DNA of 64,000 nucleotides from Gaiellaceae bacterium (lineage in GTDB: Bacteria > Actinomycetota > Thermoleophilia > Gaiellales > Gaiellaceae): positions 8,233-72,232 of the forward strand of contig DASPGT010000037.1 in the NCBI GenBank assembly GCA_035620475.1, read 5' to 3'. Positions 9,211 to 23,081 of the stretch are shown here, in pieces (the first letter of the stretch is position 1; the number at the start of each line of letters is the position of its first letter). A program made the position numbers and the translations under genes. The notes under the pieces were generated by a model. It was not told where the DNA came from and did no database searches. It saw only the letters and a program-made list of their open reading frames with translations.

Positions 9211-9285
9211 TGGGGCGTAGCCAAGTTGGTAAGGCAACGGGTTTTGGTCCCGTGACCGGAGGTTCGAATCCTCCCGCCCCAGCCA
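9211..9285 (+). tRNA. tRNA-Gln (anticodon UUG), CCA encoded
   Basis: Hand-folded cloverleaf. Acceptor TGGGGCG/CGCCCCA, D arm GCC...GGC, anticodon stem ACGGG/CCCGT with loop TTTTGGT (anticodon TTG), T arm GGAGG-TTCGAAT-CCTCC, discriminator G, then CCA. Confidence 0.9.
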
Positions 9286-9295
9286 TGACGCTCCC

Positions 9296-10636
9296 GTGAC
9301 GGACACGCCTCTCGCAGCGGTCGTGATGGCCGCGGGTCTCGGTACGCGGATGCGCTCCAGCCGTCCCAAGCACCTGCACGTGCTCCTGGGACGCAGGCTC
9401 GTCGACTGGACGATCGCCGCGGCCCGCGAGCTCGGGCCGGAGCCGCTCGTCGTGGTCACCTCGCCGGATACCCTCGCCGAGCTCGAGGGCACGCTGCCGA
9501 CGGGCGTCGTCCTCGCCCTGCAGGAGACCCCCCGCGGCACCGGCGACGCGGCCGCCTCGGCGCACCCCGCGCTCGACGGGTTCAGCGGAGACGTGCTCGT
9601 CATGGCCGGCGACGCGCCGCTCCTCGCCGCGGCCGACCTCCGCCGTCTCCTCGAGGTCCACCGCACCGAGGGGGCGGCGGCGACCGTCCTCTCCTTCGAG
9701 CCGGACGAGCCGGGCTCGTACGGGCGCGTCGTCCGCGACGACGCCGGCCGGCTGCGGGCGATCGTCGAGGCGCGCGACGCGACGCCGGAGCAGCTGGCCG
9801 TCCGCGAGGTGAACTCCTCCGTCTACGCCTTCGCCGCCGACGGGCTCTGGGAGGGGCTCGCGCACCTCGACACGGACAATGCCCAGGGGGAGCTCTACCT
9901 CACCGACGCGGTACGCCACCTGGTGGATGACGGACGGGTCGTCGCGGTGTACCGTGCGGAGGATCCTCGTGTCGGCGAAGGCGTGAACACCAGGGCCGAT
10001 CTTGCGGCGGCCGCGGCAGAGCTCCGCGACCAGATCGTCGCCGGGCACCTCGAAGCGGGGGTGACCGTCGTCGACCCGTCAACGACGTGGATCGAGCCCG
10101 ACGTGGAGCTCGAGCCCGACACCGTCATCCATCCCTTCACCGTCCTTCGCGGCCGCACAATCGTCCGGCGCGGCGCCGAGGTGGGGCCGCACGCGGTCGT
10201 GGTCGACGCGGAGATCGGGGAGGAGGCGCTCGTGGGCCCGTTCTGTTACCTTCGCCCCGGAACCGTGCTCGCCGCGCGGGCCAGGGCCGGAACCTTCGTG
10301 GAGCTGAAGAACTCCCGGATCGGCGAGGGCACGAAGGTGCCCCATCTCTCCTACCTCGGGGATGCCGAGGTGGGGGAGGGCACGAACGTGGGCGCTGGCA
10401 CGATCACCGCGAACCTCCCGCACCAGCCGGGGCGGGAGAAGGGCCGGACGACGATCGGCAGGAACGTCAGGACCGGGATTCACAATGGGCTCGAGGCTCC
10501 TGTGACGATCGGAGACGGCGCATGGATCGGCGGCGGCTCGTACATCACCGAGGACGTCCCGCCCGAGTCGCTCGCAATTGCGAGGGCGCGACAGGTCACC
10601 AAGGAGGGCTACCTGCGTGGAAAGCGGAACGACTGA
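9296..10636 (+). CDS. glmU: Bifunctional UDP-N-acetylglucosamine pyrophosphorylase / glucosamine-1-phosphate N-acetyltransferase
   Basis: VVMAAGLGTRMRSSRPKHL nucleotidyltransferase motif and a C-terminal left-handed beta-helix of hexapeptide repeats (GEGTKVPHLSYLGDAEVGEGTNVGAGTI). Confidence 0.95.
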   Translation: MTDTPLAAVVMAAGLGTRMRSSRPKHLHVLLGRRLVDWTIAAARELGPEPLVVVTSPDTLAELEGTLPTGVVLALQETPRGTGDAAASAHPALDGFSGDVLVMAGDAPLLAAADLRRLLEVHRTEGAAATVLSFEPDEPGSYGRVVRDDAGRLRAIVEARDATPEQLAVREVNSSVYAFAADGLWEGLAHLDTDNAQGELYLTDAVRHLVDDGRVVAVYRAEDPRVGEGVNTRADLAAAAAELRDQIVAGHLEAGVTVVDPSTTWIEPDVELEPDTVIHPFTVLRGRTIVRRGAEVGPHAVVVDAEIGEEALVGPFCYLRPGTVLAARARAGTFVELKNSRIGEGTKVPHLSYLGDAEVGEGTNVGAGTITANLPHQPGREKGRTTIGRNVRTGIHNGLEAPVTIGDGAWIGGGSYITEDVPPESLAIARARQVTKEGYLRGKRND

Positions 10637-11687
10637 GCTCTCGCTTCCGGGCCTCGACGTGACGCCCGAGCCGGTCGCCCAGCCGCAGGGCGAGCGCGGT
10701 CGCTGGATCGAGCGCGGCCCGTCCGGAAAGCTGATGCTGTTCGCCGGGCGGTCGCACCCTGTCCTCGCGCAGAAGATCGCCGACCAGCTCAACATCGAGC
10801 TCGGCGACGTCAAGCTGAAGACGTTCGCCAACGGGGAGACGTACGTCCGCTACAAGGAGTCGATCCGCGGCGCCGACGTCTTCATCGTCCAGACCTGCCA
10901 CGGCCGGGCGACGAACGACTACCTCTGGGAGCTCCAGATCATGATCCAGGCGGCCAAGCTCGCCTCCGCCAACCGCATCACGGCGATCATGCCCTGGTTC
11001 CCCTACTCGCGGCAGGACAAGAAGTCCGCGCCGCGCGAGCCGATCACGGCCAAGCTCCTTGCCGACGTGCTCGACGCGGCCGGCGCCGACCGCGTGCTGA
11101 CGATGGATCTGCACGCCGGGCAGATCCAGGGCTTCTTCCGCATCCCGGTCGACCACATGACGGCACTCCCGCTCTTCGCGCGCTACTACCGCGAGACGCT
11201 GGGGCTGCACGGCGACGGGGTCGTCGCGGTCTCGCCCGACCCCGGCCGCGCCAAGATGGCGACCAAGTTCGCGCAGATGCTCGACGCCGACTTCGCCCTC
11301 ATGAACAAGCAGCGGCCCGCCCACGACGTCGCCTCGGTCACCGAGGTGGTCGGCGACGTCCGCGGGAAGATCGCGATCATGAGCGACGACATCATCGTGA
11401 CCGGCGGCACGCTGGTCGCCGGCGCGCAGGCGCTCCTCGACGCCGGCGCGACCAAGGTCTACGCGTGCGCGACGCACGGCCTCTTCCCCGAGGACGCGCT
11501 CGAGAAGCTGGCGGAGTCGGAGCTCGCGGGCCTGGCCGTCGCGGACACCGTGCCGATCCCCGAGCTGAACCGGCCGGACAAGCTGACGGTGCTGACGATC
11601 TCCGGCATTCTCGCCGAGACGATCGAGAACGTCTTCTCGGACGAGTCGGTCTCGGCCATCTTCGCCGGGGAGAACCAGCTCTTCTAG
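10617..11687 (+). CDS. prs: Ribose-phosphate pyrophosphokinase
   Basis: LMLFAGRSHPVLAQKIA, DLHAGQIQGFF, and the PRPP-binding loop MSDDIIVTGGTL. GTG 10617 has AAGGAGG about 10 nt upstream and overlaps the glmU end by 20 nt. GTG 10659 is an alternative start. Confidence 0.93.
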   Translation: MESGTTELSLPGLDVTPEPVAQPQGERGRWIERGPSGKLMLFAGRSHPVLAQKIADQLNIELGDVKLKTFANGETYVRYKESIRGADVFIVQTCHGRATNDYLWELQIMIQAAKLASANRITAIMPWFPYSRQDKKSAPREPITAKLLADVLDAAGADRVLTMDLHAGQIQGFFRIPVDHMTALPLFARYYRETLGLHGDGVVAVSPDPGRAKMATKFAQMLDADFALMNKQRPAHDVASVTEVVGDVRGKIAIMSDDIIVTGGTLVAGAQALLDAGATKVYACATHGLFPEDALEKLAESELAGLAVADTVPIPELNRPDKLTVLTISGILAETIENVFSDESVSAIFAGENQLF

Positions 11688-11733
11688 CCGGCCGGTCGCG
11701 CGCGCCGCCGCGCGGAAAGCCCTCGGTCGAGGG

Positions 11734-11994
11734 GTGCCGCGCTCGTCGGCCGGGCCGATGGATGCTGGAGAACTGCGGCCTGTACGACTCCGAATCCCCG
11801 ATCCCTCGCTGCGCGAGGAGCTCAGCGCCCACTACGTGCGGTCGGGCTTCGCCGTGCGGCCGCTCGGAGAGGGCGAGCTGGGGGTCGAGCGGCTCGACGC
11901 GCCGAGCGAGGAGCAGGGACGGCGCGAGGTCGAGGCCCACCTGCTCGTCTGGGAGCTGCTCCATCCGGAGTGCCCCGGCGAGATCGTGGAGTAG
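11734..11994 (+). CDS. Hypothetical small cytoplasmic protein
   Basis: ORF with mostly high GC3 and no recognisable motif. An alternative start MDAGEL lies at 11758. Confidence 0.4.
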   Translation: MPRSSAGPMDAGELRPVRLRIPDPSLREELSAHYVRSGFAVRPLGEGELGVERLDAPSEEQGRREVEAHLLVWELLHPECPGEIVE

Positions 11995-12032
11995 CCGAGC
12001 GCCCGCGCGGGCAGGCCCCCGGCCGCAGCCTG

Positions 12033-12449
12033 CTACTGGAGGCGAAGCATCTTCGCCGTCGTGGCGACGCGCGCGAACGAGACGGGGTTGGGCGCCAGCG
12101 GGAACTTCGCGCGGCACGTGCTCGTGTTCTTGATCCCGAGCAGGAAGGCGTCGCTCTGGCCGATCGTCGGGCCGTAGTTGAAGTCGAGCGCCGTGATCTC
12201 CTGGTTGTCGCGGAGCACGTCGACTTCCTGGGGCGTCTCCTCGGAGCTCATGACCGGCACGCTCGGGTCGGAGAGGTCGTAGTAGGCGTAGTCCCCGAAC
12301 GCGAAGACCGGGTACCGCTGTAGACAGTTGAGCTTCGCCGTCAGGGTCTGCACCTTGTGGGCGAGCGTGTGGCTGGCGGACGCCGGCGCGGCCAGGGTGA
12401 GCGCGGTCGCCGCCGCGAGCGCGAGGATCGCGCAGGTCCTTCTGATCAT
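12033..12449 (-). CDS. Hypothetical secreted protein
   Basis: Start MIRRTC (ATG 12449) is preceded by GGGAGGGAAG. Signal peptide AILALAAATALTLAAPASA-SH; two Cys in the mature part; high GC3; no family recognised. Confidence 0.6.
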   Translation of the reverse strand: MIRRTCAILALAAATALTLAAPASASHTLAHKVQTLTAKLNCLQRYPVFAFGDYAYYDLSDPSVPVMSSEETPQEVDVLRDNQEITALDFNYGPTIGQSDAFLLGIKNTSTCRAKFPLAPNPVSFARVATTAKMLRLQ

Positions 12450-12524
12450 GGTTCTTCCCTCCCGAGGTTGCCCTGCTCCCACAGCGTCTCAGGTGTTGCG
12501 ACCCCGATCAAGACCGGGAGCGGC

Positions 12525-12550
12525 GAGCGGCCCGGCCGACCGGGCCGCTC
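12525..12550. terminator. Perfect 11-bp GC-rich hairpin (GAGCGGCCCGG-CCGA-CCGGGCCGCTC)
   Basis: Read directly from the sequence. It lies between a 28-codon micro-ORF (12575..12661, minus) and the secreted-protein gene start (12449). No clear U-tract on either strand. Confidence 0.35.
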
Positions 12551-12828
12551 GGACGAACGACACGCCCTCATCGCCTACTTCGTGCCGGCGAGCAGGAGGC
12601 GCCGTCCGAGATGCGCCTGGGGGAAGTTCCTGAGCTTGATCCGGACGAGATCCTTGGACATACGAAGCCGCCTTTCGTGTGTCGCAGCGAGGGAACGCAC
12701 CCTCTGTTTCGGCCCGCGGCGCACGGGCGGCATCCCTGAAACGTGGGATCGGGACACGAGATGGCCAAAGTGGGGGATGCCCGGGGGCCCTCGCTCCGGT
12801 CATCGTCCCTGGTGCATGCTGCGCGGAC

Positions 12829-13434
12829 GTGACTGACGCCTCGAACCCCCGGCCGGCTCGGCAGCCGGAGCCCGTGCCACGCCGACGGCGCCGCCGGCGG
12901 CGGCGGCCGGTCGAGGCCGCTCGTACGCCGGAGCCGTCCGCGAGCGTTCTCCCTCCCGTCATCAAGGTCGAGATCCAGAACCTCGACGCCATCCGCGGCG
13001 ACGCGCCCGACGGCGGCCGGAGCGAGGCGCTCGCGATTCGCGAGCGCGGTCTCGAGGAGCGAGAGGAACGGGTGGCCTCGGCCGAGGTGGACCTCGCCGA
13101 CCGCTCCCGGCGGCTCGAGGAGCTGGAGGCGAGGATCGGGCCCGACGCGAGGCTGGTCGAGTCGCGCGAGAGCCTCGAACGGCGCGAGCAGCGAGCGACC
13201 GAGCTGGAGCGCCGGCTGCGCGACCGCAGCCGGGAGCTCGAGGAGCGCGAGAACGACCTCGAGGCGCGGAAGGCCGTCCTCGAGGCGGATCTCGAGCTGC
13301 GCGAGGAGGAAGTCGAGCGGCGCGAGGACCTCGTCGGCATCCGCGAGGAACGCCTCGCCGAGCGGCAGCGCGAGCTCGGCCTGTACGTCTCGCAGATCCA
13401 GGGGCGGATCGAGTCGCATCTGGCTGCCGGATAG
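12829..13434 (+). CDS. Hypothetical Arg-rich / coiled-coil protein
   Basis: High-GC3 frame. N-terminal PRRRRRRRRP run, then ~150 aa of charged heptad-like repeats (LEEREERV..., RRLEELEARI, RELEERENDLEARKAVLEADLELREEEVERRE). Start (GTG 12829) is uncertain; the ORF is open from 12679. Confidence 0.55.
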   Translation: MTDASNPRPARQPEPVPRRRRRRRRRPVEAARTPEPSASVLPPVIKVEIQNLDAIRGDAPDGGRSEALAIRERGLEEREERVASAEVDLADRSRRLEELEARIGPDARLVESRESLERREQRATELERRLRDRSRELEERENDLEARKAVLEADLELREEEVERREDLVGIREERLAERQRELGLYVSQIQGRIESHLAAG

Positions 13435-13465
13435 GCTGGCCCCTCAGCTACACTTGCCCGCCGAC

Positions 13466-14158
13466 ATGGCCGGTCAGCGGATCAAGCTCGACGTCAAGGA
13501 GCGCGAAGAAGCGGGAAGCGCCGTCTCGCGTCGCCTTCGTGCGAACGGGATGGTCCCCGGCGTCCTCTACGGCGCGGGGAAGAAGGCGCACCCGTTCGCA
13601 GTCGAGGAGCGCGACCTGCGGCGCGTCCTCACGGGCGACCACGGTCTTCACGCGATCCTGGACGTCGTCTTCGAGGGGCAGAAGACCGCCCACCACGCCG
13701 TGCTGAAGGACTACCAGCTCGACCCCGTCCGGCCGCGGCTGCTTCACATCGACCTGCACGAGGTGCGGCTCGACCAGGTGATCCAGACGCAGGTCTCCGT
13801 CGAGCCCACCGGCGAGTCGCCCGGCGTCAAGGAGGGCGGCGTCCTCACGCTCGTCCTGCGCGAGATCAACGTCGAGGCGCTGCCGATGGAGGTTCCCGAC
13901 CGGCTCGAGCTCGACATCTCCGGCATGACCATCGGGGACAGCCTCCGGGTCGCCGACGTGACGGTGACCGACGGTGTCAAGCTCCTCGACGACCCCGACG
14001 CCGTGGTGGTCACGGTGACGCCTCCGACCCGGGTGGAGGAGCCCGAGGTGGAGGAGGTCGAGGAGGGCCTCGAGGCCGAGGAGGTCGAGGGCGAGGCCGA
14101 GGAGGCTCCCGAGGCCGAGGCCGAGAGCGGCGGCGGCGAAGAGCCCGCCGAGAGCTAG
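13466..14158 (+). CDS. rplY: 50S ribosomal protein L25 / general stress protein Ctc
   Basis: MAGQRIKLDVKEREEAGSAVSRRLRANGMVPGVLYG... with an acidic C-terminal tail, typical of the long Ctc form. Confidence 0.9.
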   Translation: MAGQRIKLDVKEREEAGSAVSRRLRANGMVPGVLYGAGKKAHPFAVEERDLRRVLTGDHGLHAILDVVFEGQKTAHHAVLKDYQLDPVRPRLLHIDLHEVRLDQVIQTQVSVEPTGESPGVKEGGVLTLVLREINVEALPMEVPDRLELDISGMTIGDSLRVADVTVTDGVKLLDDPDAVVVTVTPPTRVEEPEVEEVEEGLEAEEVEGEAEEAPEAEAESGGGEEPAES

Positions 14159-14167
14159 GCCGCTCCG

Positions 14168-14770
14168 ATGCGCCTCCTCCGTCGGGGCGCGCCGGCCTCG
14201 ACGCTCGACGTGCTCGTCGCGGGGCTGGGCAATCCGGGACGCGAGTATGCGTCCACGCGCCACAACGTCGGGCACATGGTGTGCGACGAGCTCGCCCGCC
14301 GGCTCGATGCCTCGTACCGGTCGAAGTTCTCGGGCGACCTCGCCGAGGCCCGCCTCGACGGGGCGCGTGTGGCGCTGCTCAAGCCCCAGACCTACATGAA
14401 CGAGTCGGGGCGGTCGGTGGGCGCGGCCGTCCGCTTCTTCAAGCTCCCGCCCGAGCGCTTGCTGGTCGTTCACGACGAAGTCGACCTCGAGCTCGGGCGG
14501 CTCCAGGCCAGGCTCGGTGGCGGTCTCGCCGGCCACAACGGCCTGCGCTCGGTCGCGCAGCAGCTGGGAACCCCCGAGTTCAGGCGTCTCCGCGTCGGCA
14601 TCGGCCGCCCCGAGCGCGGCGATCCCCGGCCGGTGGCCGACTGGGTCCTCACGCCCTTCCCTCCGGAGGTCGACGTGGGCGGCCTGGTCGGGCGGGCCGC
14701 AGACGCTGTGGAGACGATCGTCCGGGAGGGGCTCGAGGAGGCCCAGCAACGCTTCAACGAGCGGCCGTAG
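14168..14770 (+). CDS. pth: Peptidyl-tRNA hydrolase
   Basis: LVAGLGNPGREYASTRHNVGHMV, TYMNESG, and HDEVDL motifs. Confidence 0.95.
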   Translation: MRLLRRGAPASTLDVLVAGLGNPGREYASTRHNVGHMVCDELARRLDASYRSKFSGDLAEARLDGARVALLKPQTYMNESGRSVGAAVRFFKLPPERLLVVHDEVDLELGRLQARLGGGLAGHNGLRSVAQQLGTPEFRRLRVGIGRPERGDPRPVADWVLTPFPPEVDVGGLVGRAADAVETIVREGLEEAQQRFNERP

Positions 14771-14845
14771 CGCTCGCGCGATCGGCACGCATTCGGCTCG
14801 ATCCTGTGCGTGAGCCGCGTGCCGCGACTCGATAGCGTCAAAGCA

Positions 14846-14864
14846 GGGGGGCTCGCAGCCCCCC
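14846..14864. terminator. 8-bp G6/C6 hairpin (GGGGGGCT-CGC-AGCCCCCC)
   Basis: Read from the sequence 76 nt after the pth stop. On the minus strand it is followed by TGCTTTGA. On the plus strand there is no U-tract. Confidence 0.35.
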
Positions 14865-15176
14865 ACCCGGGGTTCGGGCAGCCGGTGACCTGGCAGCGCG
14901 GTCGGGCAAGTCCTGCTCGCGGAAAGAAGGCGGGTCGCCCTGCTGGAGGACGACCCGCCGCAGATGCTCCGCGCGCCGTAGCGGCCCGACGCCGGTGCTC
15001 CTCCATCCTTCGGCAGAAGGAGGCTCCGACCTTAGCCCTTCGCCTCGGCGGGGCGTCTCGGTGCCCGGGTGTGCGCTTCGAAAAGCCGGCTCCGGTGAGC
15101 CGTGACCGGCGGCTCCTGGCGCCGCCACGCGTGTGGCTACGATGACCCCGCGGAACCGCCGGTTCCGCCGCTCGTC

Positions 15177-18392
<3,216 letters not shown>

Positions 18393-18403
18393 CCAGCACG
18401 CCC

Positions 18404-19444
18404 ATGCCTCTTTGGACTCGTCTCATCGCCCTGCTCGCTGCGCTCGCTCTCGGCGTCGCGGCCGCCGGCTGCGGCGGCGGCGACGACGACGGCGAGGCAT
18501 CCGGCGAGGTGCCGCCGGACGCGATCGCCCTGGTCGGCGACCGCGCCATCCCGAAGGCCGAGTACGACCGGCTCCTCGCCCAGGCGGAGAAGACGTACGA
18601 GGCGCGCGAGCAGGAGTTCCCAGCGGCGGGGACGCCCGAGTTCGCGCAGCTCCGCAACGCGCTGGTGCGCAGCCTCGTCGAGCAGGCCCAGTTCGAGATC
18701 GCCGCCGAGGAGCTCGGGATCACGGTGACCGACGAGGAGCTGGACACGCGGCTCGTGGAGCTCAAGGAGCAGTTCTTCGAGGGAGACGACGCGAAGTACC
18801 AGGAGGAGCTCGAGAAGCAGGGCCTCACCGAGGAGCAGGTGCTCAAGGACCTGCGCACCCGGATGCTGTCGGAGAAGATCTTCGAGGAGGTCACCAGCGA
18901 GGTCACGGTCGAGGACGCCGACGTCGAGGCGTACTACGACGAGAACCAGACGCAGTTCGAGCAGCCCGCGTCGCGCGACGTGCGGCACATCCTCGTCAAG
19001 AACAAGGCGAAGGCCGACGAGATCCACGCGCAGCTCGAGAACGGCGGCGACTTCGCCAAGCTCGCCAAGCAGTTCTCGCAGGACCCGGCCTCGAAGGACG
19101 ACGGCGGCAACTTCACGGCGCAGAAGGGCGCCACGGTCGCCCCGTTCGACAAGGTCGCGTTCGAGCTCGAGACCGGTGAGCTCTCCGAGCCGGTCAAGAC
19201 CCAGTTCGGCTGGCACATCATCGAGGCCGTCGGCGATATCGAGGAGGCCGCCACCCAGCCCCTCACCGAGGTCGAGGAGCAGATCTCGACCACGCTGCTC
19301 GAGGAGAAGAAGAACGAGCGGATCAACCAGTGGGTGCAGGAGCTGCAGGCGCGGTTCGTCGACCTGATCGTGTACGCCCCCGGCTTCGAGCCTCCGGCCG
19401 AGCCCGAGACCACCTCCGGCGCGACCGACACCGCCACGGAGTAG
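18404..19444 (+). CDS. Lipoprotein peptidyl-prolyl isomerase (SurA/PrsA-like, parvulin domain)
   Basis: Lipobox LGVAAAGC, a SurA-N-like helical region, and a parvulin motif VRHILV...FSQDPASKDDGGN...FGWHIIE. Confidence 0.8.
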   Translation: MPLWTRLIALLAALALGVAAAGCGGGDDDGEASGEVPPDAIALVGDRAIPKAEYDRLLAQAEKTYEAREQEFPAAGTPEFAQLRNALVRSLVEQAQFEIAAEELGITVTDEELDTRLVELKEQFFEGDDAKYQEELEKQGLTEEQVLKDLRTRMLSEKIFEEVTSEVTVEDADVEAYYDENQTQFEQPASRDVRHILVKNKAKADEIHAQLENGGDFAKLAKQFSQDPASKDDGGNFTAQKGATVAPFDKVAFELETGELSEPVKTQFGWHIIEAVGDIEEAATQPLTEVEEQISTTLLEEKKNERINQWVQELQARFVDLIVYAPGFEPPAEPETTSGATDTATE

Positions 19445-21526
<2,082 letters not shown>

Positions 21527-21577
21527 GCGCGGATCTGCAGGCGCGGCGGCGGAAGTCGGGTCTCGCCAGGCGCTAAC

Positions 21578-23005
21578 GTGCGCGCTGTGAGAAACGGCCT
21601 CCGCCGGACGAAGATCGTCTGCACGATCGGGCCCGCGACGGCATCCCCGGAGATGCTCGACCGGCTCGTGGCCGCCGGCATGGACGCGGCGCGGCTCAAC
21701 TTCTCCCACGGCACCCATGCGGAGCACGGAGAGCGCGCCCGGCTCGTCAGGGAGGCGCAGGAGCGGGCCGGCCATCCCCTCGCCCTCATCGCCGACCTCC
21801 AGGGGCCGAAGGTGCGCGTCGGCGACCTCGACGCGCCGCGTCTCCTCGTCGAGGGGGACACCGTCCACATCTCCGGGGAGGGGGCCGGCACGGCCGGCGA
21901 CCTGCCGGTCATGCCCGCCGTGCTCACCGAGGTGCTCCAGCCCGGCCACGAGGTGCTGATCGACGACGGGCTCGTCCGCCTCGTCGTCGAGGGCACCGAC
22001 GGCGAGCGGGTGCGGGCGACCGTCCTCGTCGGCGGCGCCGTCGGCTCGCACAAGGGCGTCAACGTCCCGGGGGTGCCGATCCCGGTCCCGTCGGTGACGG
22101 AGAAGGACCTGAGCGACCTCGAGTTCGCGCTCTCGATCGGGGTGGACTACGTGGCGCAGTCGTTCGTGCGCTCGGCGGCGGACTGCCGCGGCCTGCGCGA
22201 GCTCCTGAACGCAGCCGACGCCAAGGCTCACGTGATCGCCAAGGTCGAGAAGGCCGAGGCGCTCGACGAGCTCGACGCCATCGTCAGCGCCTCCGACGCG
22301 GTCATGGTCGCCCGCGGCGACCTCGGCGTCGAGATCGGCCCGGCCGCGGTCCCGCTCGTGCAGAAGCGGATCATCCTCTCCGCCCTCGAGCACGGGAAGC
22401 CCGCGATCACGGCCACGCAGATGTTCGAGTCCATGATCACGAGGCCCGAGCCGACGCGCGCCGAGGCGAGCGACGTCGCCAACGCCATCCTCGACGGGAC
22501 CTCGGCGGTGATGCTCTCCGGCGAGACGGCCGTCGGGGCCTACCCGGTCGAGAGCGTGGCCTTCATGGACCAGATCGCCGGGGCGGTGGAGCCGAGCCTC
22601 GGCCACCGGCACGAGCTCGCCCAGGCGGCCGACCACCCGTTCCCGACCGTGGGCGAGGCGATGTCGAACGCCGCCTGCGACATCGCCGAGGTGCTCGGCG
22701 CCGCCGCGATCCTCGTCCCCACCTACAGCGGCCGCACCGCCTCGGCGGTGGCGCGCCACCGGCCGCGCCGCCCCATCATCGCCGTGACCCACCGCCGGCA
22801 CTCGGTGCAGCAGCTCGCCCTCGAGTGGGGCGTCGTGGCCGCGCTCATCGAGGAGGCCGAGAACGTCGAGGATCTCTGGTCGCGCTCCATCGAGGCCGCG
22901 CGGGAGACCGGCCTCGTCGCCGCCGGCGACCGCATCGTCCTCACCGCCGGCACCGCCGTGAACGTCCCCGGCACGACCAACGTCATCAAGGTCGAGACGG
23001 CGTAG
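21578..23005 (+). CDS. pyk: Pyruvate kinase
   Basis: RRTKIVCTIGPA, LNFSHG, MVARGDLGVEI, and ATQMFESM motifs. Confidence 0.95.
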   Translation: MRAVRNGLRRTKIVCTIGPATASPEMLDRLVAAGMDAARLNFSHGTHAEHGERARLVREAQERAGHPLALIADLQGPKVRVGDLDAPRLLVEGDTVHISGEGAGTAGDLPVMPAVLTEVLQPGHEVLIDDGLVRLVVEGTDGERVRATVLVGGAVGSHKGVNVPGVPIPVPSVTEKDLSDLEFALSIGVDYVAQSFVRSAADCRGLRELLNAADAKAHVIAKVEKAEALDELDAIVSASDAVMVARGDLGVEIGPAAVPLVQKRIILSALEHGKPAITATQMFESMITRPEPTRAEASDVANAILDGTSAVMLSGETAVGAYPVESVAFMDQIAGAVEPSLGHRHELAQAADHPFPTVGEAMSNAACDIAEVLGAAAILVPTYSGRTASAVARHRPRRPIIAVTHRRHSVQQLALEWGVVAALIEEAENVEDLWSRSIEAARETGLVAAGDRIVLTAGTAVNVPGTTNVIKVETA

Positions 23006-23081
23006 TCCGTCCGACGCCCCCGCTAGCCTTCCCGCTGCCCCGAGAAGGAGGGCGTGGCCTGCAGTCGAAGTTCGCACGCCC

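Noticed and set aside
9121-9295. tRNA-Gln as an integration site for a genomic island.
   Set aside because: I saw no integrase, no direct repeat of the tRNA 3' end and no compositional shift. The flanking genes (ispE, glmU) are core housekeeping genes.
12575-12661. The possibility that the 28-codon micro-ORF is a remnant of ribosomal protein L33 (N-terminal ...VRIKLR... resembles ...IVKLRS...).
   Set aside because: The similarity covers only about 6 residues. None of the three frames downstream recovers the conserved TRKNRRNDPDRL core of L33.
12489-13419. Two 283-aa minus-strand ORFs mirroring the coiled-coil gene.
   Set aside because: Charged-repeat genes rich in GAG/CGC/CTC codons read open on the opposite strand as Ser/Arg or Leu/Glu/Pro repeats. 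The plus frame has the more regular heptad pattern and sits in operon-like register with rplY. This is a judgement call and is not proven.
14771-15176. Known housekeeping ncRNAs (SRP/4.5S RNA, RNase P RNA, tmRNA, 6S RNA) in the pth-mfd gap.
   Set aside because: I could not find the SRP GGAA/AGCAGC domain IV motif, the RNase P GAGGAAAGUCCGGGC core, or a tmRNA tag/tRNA-like end. 6S cannot be judged by eye. The gap is reported only as an uncharacterised structured region.
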